Notes under the pieces: model-generated
The model's database searches: none
Seen by the model: only the letters and a program-made list of their open reading frames with translations
What the model was told of the DNA's origin: nothing
Position numbers and translations under genes: made by a program
NCBI RefSeq assembly: GCF_006345805.1
Contig: NW_021834554.1
Span: 1-47,793, forward strand
DNA length: 47,793 nucleotides
Direction: 5' to 3'
Source: Octopus sinensis
Lineage: Eukaryota
Shown: positions 11,641 to 24,497 of the stretch, piece after piece
How positions within the stretch are numbered: position 1 is the first letter of the stretch
How the letters are laid out: every line of letters starts with the position of its first letter

Positions 11641-11759
11641 ATGTTCCTGTAGATTTGTGTGCATATATTCTTCTACATAGATCTATCTATATTCCTATGT
11701 ATAGGTGTGTTTATATATTCCTATATTGTGGTGTATATATTGTTCTATATGTATATAAT

Positions 11760-11795
11760 GTCCCCTATAGCTCAGTAGTTAGAGCACTGGTCTTG
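11760..11795 (+). pseudogene. tRNA-Thr(UGU)-like 5' half
   Basis: cccctatagctcagtagttagagcactggtcttg resembles eukaryotic tRNA-Thr up to the anticodon loop; no T arm or 3' acceptor strand. Confidence 0.55.
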
Positions 11796-12269
11796 AGCAC
11801 TGAGGGCTTCTGTTACACATTTTATGGTAGTGGGGATCTGAAAGGGGTCTCAGGGAATAGTGTCCCTGCTTTCCTGAGCTAGCTTTCCACCACATTTCTT
11901 AAAAATCATGGTAGAAGCCTTGGTCTCTGTCTAGAAACTCATGCCTAGAAACTGAGGTTGGGGGTAAGCAAAAGCATGCTCCATAGAAAATCCAGCTCCA
12001 AAAAAGCCTTATGATAGCAAGGGAGAGTGGGCACTAGCCAGCCCAAAGATTGGGGTGGGCTGCACCCGCCTACCTCTGTTGCTATGGCATTGAGGTAGAT
12101 CTCGCTGCCCTCGTTAATGGGGACAAAACCTGGATTTAAAACACTGGATGATAGGTGTGTATATAGTCCTAGATATAAGTGTATCTTTATTCCTCTTTAT
12201 ATATGTGTATATATTCCTATCTATACAGGTGTGCATGTTTTCCCATATATAGGTGTTCTTTCTTTTTCT

Positions 12270-12490
12270 AAAAAGCACCATTCGAGTGTAGTCATTGCCA
12301 GTGCTGCCTGACTGGCTCCCATGCCGGTGGCATGTAAAAAGCTCCAACTTTGGTGTTAGGAAGGGCATCCAGCTGTAGAAACTTTGCCTGCTCAGACTGG
12401 GGCCTGGTGCAGTCTTCTGGCTTACCAGTCCTCAGTGAAACCATCCAACCCATGTCAGCATGGAAAGCAGACATTAAACTATGAGGATGA
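12270..12490 (+). mobile_element. RTE 3' tail fragment
   Basis: ggtgttaggaagggcatccagctgtagaaa..ccaacccatgtcagcatggaaagcagacattaaactatgaggatg. Confidence 0.85.
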
Positions 12491-12921
12491 GTAGGACGAA
12501 GAGAAGTAAGCAAAAATGTGAGAGCAGTTTTATCACAGAAACAGGAAGACTTAGATATTTGAAAAGATGCAGTAATTTATTTTTAGATATAATCATTGAA
12601 AATGTTACGATTGGAAGTAAACATTGGAAACATTTCTTCAGCATGTTAATTCCATATTTTCTTCCCTAAGAAATAAGATATGGGGTTTTAACAATTTCCA
12701 AGTGATTTTAAGAGAACAATATTTTAAAGAATAATTTAAAATACAAAAACGAACCTAAGGATTTAATAATCATGAAATGGTGGTGAAATATAATTTGAGT
12801 AGAGGGATAAGTATACCTTGTCAAACTTCTTCACATACTCTTGCATTCATATAAAGACACATATAAAACTCATGTGTGCAGATGTATTGAAATTTATTAT
12901 TCATGTAACAATAATTGCAAA

Positions 12922-12967
<46 letters not shown>

Positions 12968-12973
<6 letters not shown>

Positions 12974-13205
12974 TCATCATCATCATCGTTTAACATTCGT
13001 TTTCCATGCTGGCATGGATTGGATGGTTTGACTGGAGACTGGCAAGCCAGGAGGCTGCACTAGGCTCCAATCTGATCTGGCAATGTTTCTACAGCTGGAT
13101 GCCCTTCCTAATGCCAATCGCTCCGAGAGTGTAGTGGGTGCTTTTTATGTGCCACCGGCATGGGAGCCAGTCAGGCGGCACTGGCATCGGCCATGTTTGG
13201 ATGGT
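12968..13205 (-). mobile_element. RTE 3' tail fragment
   Basis: catcatcgtttaacattcg..tttctacagctggatgcccttcctaatgcc. Confidence 0.88.
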
Positions 13206-13268
13206 GCTATATATATATATATATATGAATATATGGGTATATGCAGTAATATCTAGGTAATAACCTCA

Positions 13269-13575
13269 TTTGTTGTTTGTTCCTTCTAAAGCCATGCCTG
13301 GCTCATAGGGCCAGTTTCCCAGTTTCCTTGCCATATAGGTTCCCCACCTGGATGGGATGCTGGTCCGTCGCAGGTGAGCTGCTAGATGCAGGAGGAAAGA
13401 GTGAGAGAAAGTTGTGGCAAAAGAATCAGCAGAAGTTTGCCATTACCTTCTGCCGGAGCCACGTGGAGCTTAGGTGTTTTGCTCATAAATACACACATTG
13501 CCTGGTCTGAGAGTTGAACCCACGATCCCTCGACCGTGAGTATGCTGCTCTACTCACTAGGCCATGTGCCTCCAC
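13269..13575 (-). mobile_element. SINE family B, tail variant 2
   Basis: Same head/core as 6693-6982; different tail (cagctcacctgcgacggacc..ggggaacctat..aaggaacaaacaacaa). Confidence 0.88.
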
Positions 13576-13917
13576 AATAACCTCATATAATGCATTTAAA
13601 TGCTGCTATACTGTTATTGGCTACCATATGCCATCATAGAACAGGCTTATTTCTTGAGCTGGATAGACAGGTGGAACTCCATTTGTGTATAGGATTTCTA
13701 TAAGAATTTAGACACCAAAAAGATGAAATAAACAGGCTTTGATTACAAATTACAACATTTGTTTCTGTGCTACATGATGTAATTATTCATAAAATCACTT
13801 ATGTAATGGTATAAGGATGAAAACTCAGCAACGTGCATCTGTTGCCACTGCACAGAAGAAAAAGCTGAAATATGCAATTAAAGTCTGTCTATTCTATCTT
13901 CTTAGATAAATTCATAT

Positions 13918-14215
13918 GTATCATCATCATCATCATCATCATCATCGTTTAACATCTGCCTTCCATGCTAGCATGGGTGGGACGGTTTCACAAAAGCTGG
14001 CCGGGTAGAAGCCTGCACCAGACTTCTGTGACAGTTTTGGCAGGATTTTTACAGCTGGATGCCATTCCTAACACCAACCACTCAGCAGAGTGGACTTACT
14101 GCTTTTTACAAGAACAGGTGAGGTCAGTTTTGGCAAGGTTTTTACAGCGAGATGCCCTTCCGAACACCAACCACTTTACAGTTTGCACTGGGTGCTTTTA
14201 AGTGGCACCTGCACT
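13918..14215 (-). mobile_element. RTE 3' tail fragment with internal duplication
   Basis: (CAT)n, then cgtttaacatctgcc; the cagctggatgcc..caccaaccact block occurs twice. Confidence 0.8.
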
Positions 14216-16234
14216 TACAGGGTCACCAAGTACTTGCAAGACAAGAAAACTAAAAGCTTTCAAGAGGGGAGGGGACATTGGAGGAGGTGATCTTGTGTTG
14301 GGTGATGAAAGGTTATAGTGAGACATTTGATCACTTGTTTTCTTTATTCAAAATTCGGACAGAACTTATGTGATGACTTGATAGAACTCTGTTTTGCTGA
14401 TGTGGGAGGGTCTTCTCTAGATGTATGTATATATTCATGCATCTATCTATCTATCTATCTATCTGTCTGTCTGTCTGTTTGTTTATCTAATTGTGTGTGT
14501 GAGTGTGTCTAAGTGGGTCTTCAGTTAAAAATATCTTGTTTATGAATTTTAAAAGGTTTTATTAAGACTTAGTATATCTATTGTATTATTTAGAAAGACT
14601 TACAAGAATATATCAAGGCAGGAAAGTGAAATGGGGGAAGTAGACTACATGCATAGTTTTGAATCAATTGTTGTATATGATTGCTTTAAAATGTTTAAAG
14701 GTTTTGTATATTTCATGTCTGCAAAAGGAGATCTTAGCATCAGTTATATGTAATGTATTCTTTCTTTTTTGAAGAAGCAGAAATTCCTAAGCTTTGGCTG
14801 TGAATAAATTTCATGGTTTTAGTTTTTGCTTTATATGATTTTGCTCTTTGAAACTTATTCGTATTGTATCATCATTTTCCAAATTTTAAATGTATTCAGA
14901 AAGTGAAGTTTATGTTTGTTTCTAAATGTATACTTGTGTTGATTGAAACAAAGTGTAAAAGTATTGAAAGTTAGTGACATATACACACTTGGTGTATTTA
15001 TTTGTAAGTAACTGCATTAATAAAATATGTATTCAACTAAACAGTTATCATCAGAAGATAGTTGCTTCAGTTTTTAGAATTGCAGTTACTAGTCATTGGA
15101 TTATTCATAGATTCAATGATAAATGTTTGAGGGATTGAGAGGTAATAGTCTTGGATGTATAATCAAATAAATTAGCAAAATTCTCACTAAACTAAAAAAG
15201 AAAAATATATTTCTTTTCGTAGATTTGAAACATTTTATAACTATGTGAGTATTGTTCTGAAGTTTAATTAAAATGCAAGCTGAAGATTTTGATATATTTT
15301 TGTCTAATTTGGCTTTGACAATACCAGTGTTGATGGATTTTATAAGATGGATGTTAGTTTTATGATCTTTGAATTCAAATAATGGTTTTTGTGGTGTAAG
15401 GAGCTGCTGTCCTCTTGTCTGTATCTAATTGTAATGTGTTAGCTGCTTTTTTTTTTTTATATTTACCATATTCACGATGTTCTAATTTATCTTCTACTTA
15501 ATAATTCAGTTAGGAAAGAAGTATTGAAAATACTGCTGTCTGCTTCATAAAAGCATATTTTTTTTATTCATTTGATTTTTTCAAATTGTATAAATATTTT
15601 ACTGCAGATTTTTAATCTTTCATAATTTACTGATCAGATTCTTCCAGAAAGTACAATTTACTTTCCTATATAATGTATTTTTAATTAATATGAACAGTTT
15701 CTCTTCCAAAATGTTGAATTAGTGTATTTGGCAGACAGGCATTTGTTAGATATAAATCCAAAATTCAAATCATTGTTTCTTTCGTCTATCACAAAATTCG
15801 CTTGTTACCATCATCTAATTGCCAGTCTCCTTCGTTAGTGGTTTCAGACAAGTTATGTAAGATGGTGTGTACATTTTGTCAGCCATGAGTTTATTTGATA
15901 TTTCAGTGTTTTGAATGTAATGGTGGTTCATAGTTCAATAAAATAAGTTTAATGTAGATTTTGTTTGTTAATAAGAATCTTGATAACTATACAAGCCTAA
16001 AGAAAGAACTGCAATGATTTTTGTAGAAGAGTAAAGGATAAATGATTAAAAATTAATTGAATGCAATGAATATACTTATACATACATACATATATACATA
16101 CATACATATGTGTGTATATATATATGTATGTATGTATATATATGTATATCTATCTATCTATCTATCTATCTATATATGTATATATGCATATATATATATA
16201 TGTGAGTGTGTGTATGTATATATGTATGTGTGGG

Positions 16235-16273
<39 letters not shown>

Positions 16274-17169
16274 TTATATATATGCTTAAGATTAATTGAA
16301 TGTGATAAATTTATATGTATATATACAAACACATATATATATGTATACACACACATACATACATATTTGTGTGTGTATGTATTTATGTAGCACACACACA
16401 CACATATACATACATACATAGGTATGTCATGAACAAATAAAAAGAAAAATAAGGGAAATTACAAAAAATGCTAAATTACAAAAATAGGGGGAAGAGGTGG
16501 TATTTGCTTGCAAAAACAAAAACAAAAACAAAAACAAAAACAAACAAACCATAATCCGTTATTTCAGATGTAATCACTTAGATTGCATGTTTTAATAGGA
16601 AATAAATTATAGGTTTGGTTTTTAATAGTAACAGGGAGGTTTCTCCAGCTAATTAAAGAAAGTTTATCCTTTTTTCCCCCTTAGAAATAGAATTTGGGGT
16701 TTCAACATTGCAAACTGGTTTTAAATGAATTCAAAATGTAAAAATAAAAATAAGGCTTTAATAATTATAAAAGAGAAGTGTAAACTTATTTGGAAGAGGA
16801 GCTGTTACATGTGCCTCTGTATACTTCTCTGCACATGTATGCATACATGCATACACACACACACCCACACCCACACATGCACATAAGGGAACTAAAAGAA
16901 GGTAGAAAAGGCTAAAATAATTTTATCATGAAATACATTTTGGAACAGTTAGTACCGGTTTCTGACTTTTTGACTTTTCAACTAAGAGTAAAACAAAGGC
17001 AGATATTAATTGAGAAGAAAAACAATTAAACTAAAGAAAAAATTAAAGGAAATGTTTAGTAAATATTTCGATAGTCTTCAAATAGGTAGGAGATTTTCCT
17101 TTTTTTCTGTCCATCTATCTTTTCCTTTGTGAAGGCTTGTAAGGCAGGTCGAAGCAGACACACACACAC

Positions 17170-17210
<41 letters not shown>

Positions 17211-17317
17211 TAGAGAATGTTAGTTATGACTGGTTCATAGGGCTACCCAGGTTTTCGTGTCCCACTTACTTAATGTTGTCCATCAAATTGAAAGCTACCC
17301 ATTTTCTTCTTTATTTG

Positions 17318-17520
17318 TATAGGGTGATCCTAAAGTCTTGTCACCCCCCCCCCCGCCAAAAAGTAAAAAGAACAACAGAAGAACAATACAATAATACCAA
17401 ACACACGCAACTGGTTTTATTATATTCACTTTCATTGACACTGTCACACATCGAGCAGGTCTGCATGAACTCCATCATTTTCGTGGCAAAAAATGATGCA
17501 GTGCCATATCCTGTGTGATA
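17318..17520 (-). mobile_element. Possible Tc1/mariner terminal fragment
   Basis: TA followed by tagggtgatcctaaagtcttgtcac (mariner-like TIR); minus-strand CHENDGVHADLLDV* resembles a transposase C-terminus. Confidence 0.4.
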
Positions 17521-17872
17521 TTTTACCATCACATCTATATTCTGTTCCTTGTTACTTGTGAGTTTACCCTGGCACTTCACCATCTCTCTCCTGCTCTCTC
17601 TTACTCTTGTGCTGTTTCCTACTCTCTCTCACTTCCATTGCTCTTCCTTTTGGCTGAGTAGCCAGGTGTCTCCTCAACACCTATTTCTGCCCTTATTCTT
17701 GGTCGCTCTCTCTCCACCCTGCTGAGTAACCACGTACCTCCTCTAAAGCAAAACACCTATTTCTGCCTCCTTATTTCTCTGTCACACTCTAACCTTTCAT
17801 CTTTGGATACCGGATCACCGCCTCCAATGACCTCTCTGTTATAGCAAACACCTGTTTCTGTCTCTTTGTGCT

Positions 17873-18306
17873 TGGCAACAGGACTCTGCACCATGCAACA
17901 GAAGCAGGAGAACCCAGTCATGGCTGTCAGACAGTTTCTGCAACCATATCACCCCTAACATCTGGCCACCTAACTCCCCAGACTGCAACCCCCTTGATTA
18001 TTATGTGTGGGATGCAGTTGAGTAAAAGACCAACAAAACTCCATGTGACCCCAAAGATAAACTGGAGGCAAGGATTATGGCAGCCTTCACCAACTTAAAC
18101 AAGGAGACTGTCCAGAAGAGTTGCAGAAGATTCCAATGTCGTCTGGAGGCCTTGGTTGAAGCCAATGGCAATTTTATTGAATAAATTTACTCTTTAGTAT
18201 TTCAAGATATTTTTTGTGTAATTTTGGTAAATATATGTTAAAATGAGATGTCAGTGTTGTTTTTATTTTTGCATAATTTACATGACAGTTTAATCACTGC
18301 ACCCTG
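17873..18306 (+). mobile_element. maT (DD37D) Tc1/mariner transposase 3' fragment with terminal repeat
   Basis: WQQDSAPC..WPPNSPDCNPLDYYVW: exactly 37 residues between the 2nd and 3rd D; in-frame stop at 18023; C-terminus LEALVEANGNFIE* (18184); ends caccctg+TA. Confidence 0.9.
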
Positions 18307-18408
18307 TACACAATGTATATTCACAGATACATATGCATGCCTGTAGATACACATACATTTACCCTTTTACTCTCATAATAAAGACAAATGCACACACACA
18401 CACACACA

Positions 18409-18466
<58 letters not shown>

Positions 18467-18584
18467 GTAAGCATTCTCTCAACTCAGCTGTGCCAATACA
18501 ACAACAACAACAGCAACAGCATCTCAAATGAGTAGCCCTTCTGTGCAATTGTTAACTCTAAAGATGAGAATGATAATAATAATA

Positions 18585-18799
18585 ATTCTTTCTACTTGAA
18601 AGCACAAGGACTGAACTTTTTGGGGTGAGGGCCAGTTGATTTCATTGACCCCCAGTGTTTCACTGGTACTTAATTTAATGGCCCCAAAGGGATGAAACAC
18701 AAAGTCAACCTTGGCGGAATTTGAACTCCGAAGTTGAAGACAGATGAAATGCCGCTAAGCATTATGTCCACATGCTAATGATTCTGCCAGATTGCTGCC

Positions 18800-18800
<1 letters not shown>
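18585..18800 (-). mobile_element. SINE family A
   Basis: tttctacttgaaagcacaagg..ttggcggaatttgaactc..ttctgccagattgctgcc; flanked by (AAT)n. Confidence 0.88.
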
Positions 18801-18834
<34 letters not shown>

Positions 18835-18892
18835 TATTATTATTATTATAATAATAACAATAATAATAATAATAATAACAATAATAGTAATA

Positions 18893-19106
18893 ATCTTTTC
18901 TACTCTAGGCACAAGGCCCGAAATTTTTGGGGAAGGGCCTAGATGATTAGATCAACCCCAATACACAAGTCGTATTTAATTTATCAACCCCAAAAGGATG
19001 AAAGGCAAAGTTGACCTCGGTGGAATTTGAACTCAGAATGTAAAGACATGAAATATCGCTTAGTATTTTGCTCAACATGCTAACGTTTCTGCCAGTTTGC
19101 AGTCTT
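18893..19106 (-). mobile_element. SINE family A
   Basis: ctactctaggcacaaggcccgaaatt..ggaatttgaactcagaa..gctaacgtttctgccag. Confidence 0.9.
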
Positions 19107-19124
19107 AATAATATAATAATAATA

Positions 19125-19159
<35 letters not shown>

Positions 19160-19176
19160 TAATAATAATAATAATA

Positions 19177-19213
<37 letters not shown>

Positions 19214-19740
19214 GAAGAAGAAGAAGAAGAAGAAGCAGGGGAGAGAGAGAGAGAGAGAAAGAGATTTACAACTGAGATTAAAGGAAAGACAAGTGAAGAG
19301 AAAAGGGATCAAAATGGAGAGAGAGAAAGAATGATAACGGAGGAATGATGACAAGGAAATAATAACAAGGGAATGATAGTGTGAAAGGAAAATATCTTCA
19401 AGAATTTCTTAAAAGTACAACAAACAAACAAATAAGAAACAAAAAAAGGAGTAAAAAAAATGGAGGTCAAACAAGTAAAAAGAAAGAAGGAAAGTAAAGT
19501 AGTGAGGGAGGGAGGGAGGGAGGAGAGAACTGTATAATGAGTTTGGAGAGGGAAGAAACTTGCTCAAGGAAGATATGGTAATCAAGGGAAAAGGTCAAAG
19601 AGATGAAAGATGAATTGACTCTTGCCAGTGTTTATTTATTTAATTCTATGAAACCAAGCAGGACTTAGCCACATTTCTATCATTACCTATCTCTGTCTGT
19701 CTGTCAGTCTGTCTCTCCCCCTCTGTGTGTGTGTATATAT

Positions 19741-19786
<46 letters not shown>

Positions 19787-20294
19787 TTCTATATTTATAC
19801 ATGCTCCTTTCTTCCTTTCTTTATTTTCTTCCCCCTCCTTCCTCTCCCCCTCTCTCTTTCTCTCTCTCTCTCTTCCTCTCTCTCTCTCTCTCTCTCTCTT
19901 CCTCTCCCTCTTTCCTTATCATTGATTCTCTAAGACTACAAGGGTGTCTTTGCTGCTGACCTTTGAACACTAACGGTTAACAGAAATGGTATTTTCACAC
20001 AGAAGGTCAATAAGCTGCTAGAGTTTCTGTGACTCCAAACACCACCGTGCTGCCCCAGCCACGACTGTCCTGACCACTGCCATCATCATGACCACCATCA
20101 ACACGACCAGCAAATTCATCACCATTGTCCATCATCACCATTGTCATCATCATCACTGCCACTATTATCCTTATCATCACTATTAGCATCATCATTGGTA
20201 GTTGAAGCAGCAGCATCACTGCTGATACCACCACCACCACCTTCATCACCCTTATCTCTTGAGTTTCAATCCCGCAGAAGTCAATATTCTATTT

Positions 20295-20497
20295 TTTTTT
20301 TCTACTCTAGGCACAAGGCCTGACATTTTTGGGGAGGGGACCAGTCAATTAGATTGACCCCATACTTAATTAATCAACTCCAAAAAGATGAAAGACAAAG
20401 TCGACCTCCACGGAATTCGAACTCAGAATGTAGACAAACGAAATACCGCTAAGTAGTTTGCCTTGTGTCCTAACATTTCTGCCAGCTCGCCGCCTTA
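20295..20497 (-). mobile_element. SINE family A
   Basis: tctactctaggcacaaggcc..ggaattcgaactcagaa..ttctgccagctcgccgcctt. Confidence 0.9.
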
Positions 20498-20502
20498 AAA
20501 AT

Positions 20503-20705
20503 ATTTTTCTACTCTAGGCACAAGGCCAGAAATTTTGGTGGGGTGGGGCCAGTCGATTTGATTAACCCCAATATGCAAGTGGTACTTGATTTTTCGACCC
20601 CGAAAGGATGAAAGGCAAAATCAACCTCGGCGGAATTTTATCTCAGAACATAGTGATGGGCAAAGTACTGCTAAGCACTTCATCTGACATGCTAACATAA
20701 CGGCC
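20503..20705 (-). mobile_element. SINE family A (directly adjacent, head-to-tail with the previous copy)
   Basis: ttctctactctaggcacaaggcc..cgaccccgaaaggatgaaaggcaaa. Confidence 0.88.
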
Positions 20706-20785
20706 TTCCTGCAGAAGTCAATTTTGAAATAAGAATCAGATTCAGAGCTGTTAATAATAACAATGATTTGATTACAGCAACAATA

Positions 20786-20830
<45 letters not shown>

Positions 20831-20932
20831 CAGTATTTTTTTTTCCCTTCTTTCTTCAAATTTTCTTCCATTTCTCGCCGAGCGTTTTCCATGCACCTAG
20901 GGCATAGTAGCTCGTTGTTATTATTATTATTA

Positions 20933-21033
<101 letters not shown>

Positions 21034-21039
21034 GTTGTT

Positions 21040-21690
21040 GTTAGTTCTTTTTATTATTTCAGGTTTCGTTGGAACTCTTGGAGTCTTGCATGCGTAGCGG
21101 GCTTACTACCTGCAGCCTATGCTGCCATGCTATCCATTCTTTTCACCTATCTAATACTTTCCTGATTCTTCTGGCCATGCCAAGGGGGAAAACCTTTTGT
21201 AACAGTTCTACTGGGCACTCTATTCCAATTTCCTTCATAATCCTCTTGATGCCTTCTGGTGATACTGTCCCCAAGGACCCAACAATAATTGGCACTATCT
21301 TCTCCTTCATTTTCCATTGCTCAGCTATTTTGTACTTAAGAGGATTGTATATATATCTTTTGTCGCCTTCCTTCTTGACCATTTGCAAGTCAAAGGGGCA
21401 TGCAACATCAACTATATAACACACTATATATTACACCTTGTCCACCCCCACTAGGTCCGGTCTGTTATACTCTAGCACCTGATCTGTTTAGATCGGCAAA
21501 TTTCAGATGATTTTGCAGGTCCCCACCTCTGCCACTTTCTGTGTTTTGTATTCATCCCATGTCTTGCCTCTCTTGGACCCACATTTTTTGCACAGTTTCC
21601 AATGTAGCACTTTTGCTCCCTCATCATGTCACCACAACTTGAAACGATTTGGGGCAAGTCTAGGGCTATTGTTATTAATGTTAAGAAGGG
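21040..21690 (-). mobile_element. R4/Dong-like RLE LINE 3' fragment (copy 4)
   Basis: HDEGAKVLHWKLCKK..YNRPDLV..CYIVDVACP..IVPIIVGSLGTV..LLQK..LGMARRIRKVLDR*; downstream (AAT)n tract on the element strand (20910-21030). Confidence 0.88.
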
Positions 21691-21714
21691 CATCTACACC
21701 TTGATGCCCTTCCT

Positions 21715-21915
21715 AACACCAACCACTCCGAGAGTAAAAAGCACCCACTACACTCTCGGAGTGGTTGGCATTAGGAAGGGCATCCAGCTGTAGAAACTCT
21801 GCCAGATCATGATTGGAGCTTGGTGCAACCATCTGATTCACCAGTCCTCAGTCAAAATCGCCCAACCCATGCTAGCATGGAAAGCGGACGTTAAACAACG
21901 ATGATGATGATGATG
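21715..21915 (+). mobile_element. RTE 3' tail fragment
   Basis: aaaagcacccactacactctcggagtggttggcattaggaagggcatccagc..gttaaacaacgatgatgat. Confidence 0.88.
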
Positions 21916-22316
21916 TATCTGTTTCAGGTTCTGAATATAACAGTTTCACAGTGTACATATGAGTGTGGATGTATGTGTATGTGTGTGTGTACGTCTGTAT
22001 ATATGTGTACCTGTGTATGTCTGTATTGGATTATGGCCATCTCAGAAAGTACTGTTATTCAAAACACAACTCATGTTTAATGTGAGCTGAAATACTAGAA
22101 GCTGATTGGTCAATTCAGTTGATTGGTTGGCTGTTTGATTGACAGGTAGACTGATTGGAGAGAGGTAAACAGTAACAACAAAACTTCATTGAAATGGATG
22201 GACAGACAAACATAGACATGTGCACACACACAGATAAATATACATAAATACACACACACGCACATATGTATATATGTATGTATATGTATGTATGTATATA
22301 TGTATATATATATGTA

Positions 22317-22356
<40 letters not shown>

Positions 22357-22396
22357 TATGCACATATACATATGTATGTGCGTGTGTGTATGTGAA

Positions 22397-22722
22397 AGCA
22401 CATGGCTTAGAAGTTAGGTTATTTGGCTCACGATTATAAGGTCATGAGTTCAATTCCTGGCAGCATGTTGTATCCTTGGGCAAGACACTTTATTTCACAT
22501 TGCTCCAGTCCATTCAGCTGGCAAAAAATGAGTTGTACCAGTAATTCAAAAGGGGCCAGCCTTGTCACACTCTGTCCCACACTGAATCTTTCAGGGAACT
22601 ATGCTAAGGGTACACAGGTCTGTGGAATGGCCAGGAATTTGCATGTTAAATTCAAGAGCAAACTGTCCCATTGAGTGGATCGACCAGAACCTCATCACCA
22701 TAACTGAAACAGTGCCAGCTTT
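22397..22722 (+). mobile_element. SINE family E (tRNA-Arg-like head, ccttgggcaagacac core), copy 1
   Basis: gcacatggcttagaagttagg..ggctcacgattataaggtcatgagttcaattcct (A/B boxes). Confidence 0.85.
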
Positions 22723-22848
22723 ATATATATATGTGTGTGTGTGTATATGTATGTATATATATACATATATGCATATATATATATATAATATATATATATA
22801 TATGCACATATGCACATATACATATGTATGTGCGTGTGTGTATGTGAA

Positions 22849-23174
22849 AGCACATGGCTTAGAAGTTAGGTTATTTGGCTCACGATTATAAGGTCATGAG
22901 TTCAATTCCTGGCAGCATGTTGTATCCTTGGGCAAGACACTTTATTTCACATTGCTCCAGTCCATTCAGCTGGCAAAAAATGAGTTGTACCAGTAATTCA
23001 AAAGGGGCCAGCCTTGTCACACTCTGTCCCACACTGAATCTTTCAGGGAACTATGCTAAGGGTACACAGGTCTGTGGAATGGCCAGGAATTTGCATGTTA
23101 AATTCAAGAGCAAACTGTCCCATTGAGTGGATCGACCAGAACCTCATCACCATAACTGAAACAGTGCCAGCTTT
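22849..23174 (+). mobile_element. SINE family E, copy 2 (identical duplicate)
   Basis: No differences seen versus 22397-22722. Confidence 0.85.
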
Positions 23175-23544
23175 ATATATATATGTGTGTGTGTGTATAT
23201 GTATGTATATATATACATATATGCATATATATATATATATATACACACATATATATGCATACACCTCTTGATATTATTGAGTTAGACATGGTCTAGGCTA
23301 AAGATGGCCTATATACACACACATGCACAAACATGCACACACACACACACACACATATACATCTATGTATCAATTTATAAGCATGTAGTTATATGTGTGT
23401 GCGTGTGTGTGTGTGTGTACAACCATTGCTGTACTTTTTGGAAAACATCCAAATATCACCAAAGAGCCTCTAATGCATCTCACTGAGAAAAGTGTCATCA
23501 AGCAGATACATCTGTCTTGGTGTATATATATTAGTGTATGTATC

Positions 23545-24045
23545 ATCATCATCATCGTCGTCATCACCATTTAACGTCCACTTTCTGTGCTAGCACGGGT
23601 TGGACAGTTTGACTGGGGATTGGAAAGCCAGGAGGCTGTACCAGGCTCCAATCTGATCTGGCAAGATTTCTACAGCTGGATTCCCTTCCTAATGCCAACC
23701 ACTCCGAGAGTGTAGTGGGTGCTTTTCATGTGCCACTGGCATGGGAGCTAGTAAGGCGGCACTAGTATCAGCCACTTTCAGATGTTGCTTTTTACGTGCT
23801 ACCGGCACAAGAGCCAGTCAGGGAGGAGGGGCTGGCATCAACCACATTCGGATAGTGCTTTTTGCGTGCCAGTGAGTAGGCACTGGCACGTGAGTAGTGG
23901 GGAGCCAGTGAGTAGGCACTGGCACAGGCCACAACTACAATTTTCATTTTTGATTTTGATTTCATTAAGATTCTGATTGTGATTTTGATCTTAATGTTTG
24001 ATTTTACTTGACTCAAAAGGTCTCCTCAAGCATGGCGTGTCACCC
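23545..24045 (-). mobile_element. RTE 3' region
   Basis: (CAT)n tail, cagctggattcccttcctaatgcc, degenerate VNTR units and acttgactcaaaaggtctcctcaagca. Confidence 0.87.
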
Positions 24046-24084
24046 AACAATATATACATATATATACACACACACATATATATA

Positions 24085-24488
24085 TATTATTTTATTCTGT
24101 TATTCTTTCATTTTTTTCAGTCATTTGAAAGGGGCACCACCTTTAGTCGAGCAAATTGACCCCGGGACTTATTCTTTGTAAGCCCAGTACTTATTCTATC
24201 AGTCTCTTTTGCCGAACCGCTAAGTAACGGGGACGTAAACACACCAGCATCGGTTGTCAAGCAATGCTAGGGGGACAAACACAGACACACAAACACACAC
24301 GCATACATATATATATATATACATATATACGACAGGCTTCTATCAGTTTCTGTCTACCAAATCCACTCACAAGGCATTGGTCGGCCCGGGGCTATAGCAG
24401 AAGACACTTGCCCAAGATGCCACGCAGTGGGACTGAACCCGGAACCATGTGGTTGTTTAGCAAGCTACTTACCACACAGCCACTCCTA
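24085..24488 (-). mobile_element. SINE family C
   Basis: Full head-core-tail; agcagaagacacttgcccaag..actgaacccggaaccatgtgg. Confidence 0.9.
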
Positions 24489-24497
24489 TATATATAT

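Larger units (their letters stand above)
22350..23240. repeat. 452-bp tandem duplication
   Basis: Identical ORFs at offset 452 (22423/22875; 22601/23053); units bounded by (TA)n. Confidence 0.95.
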
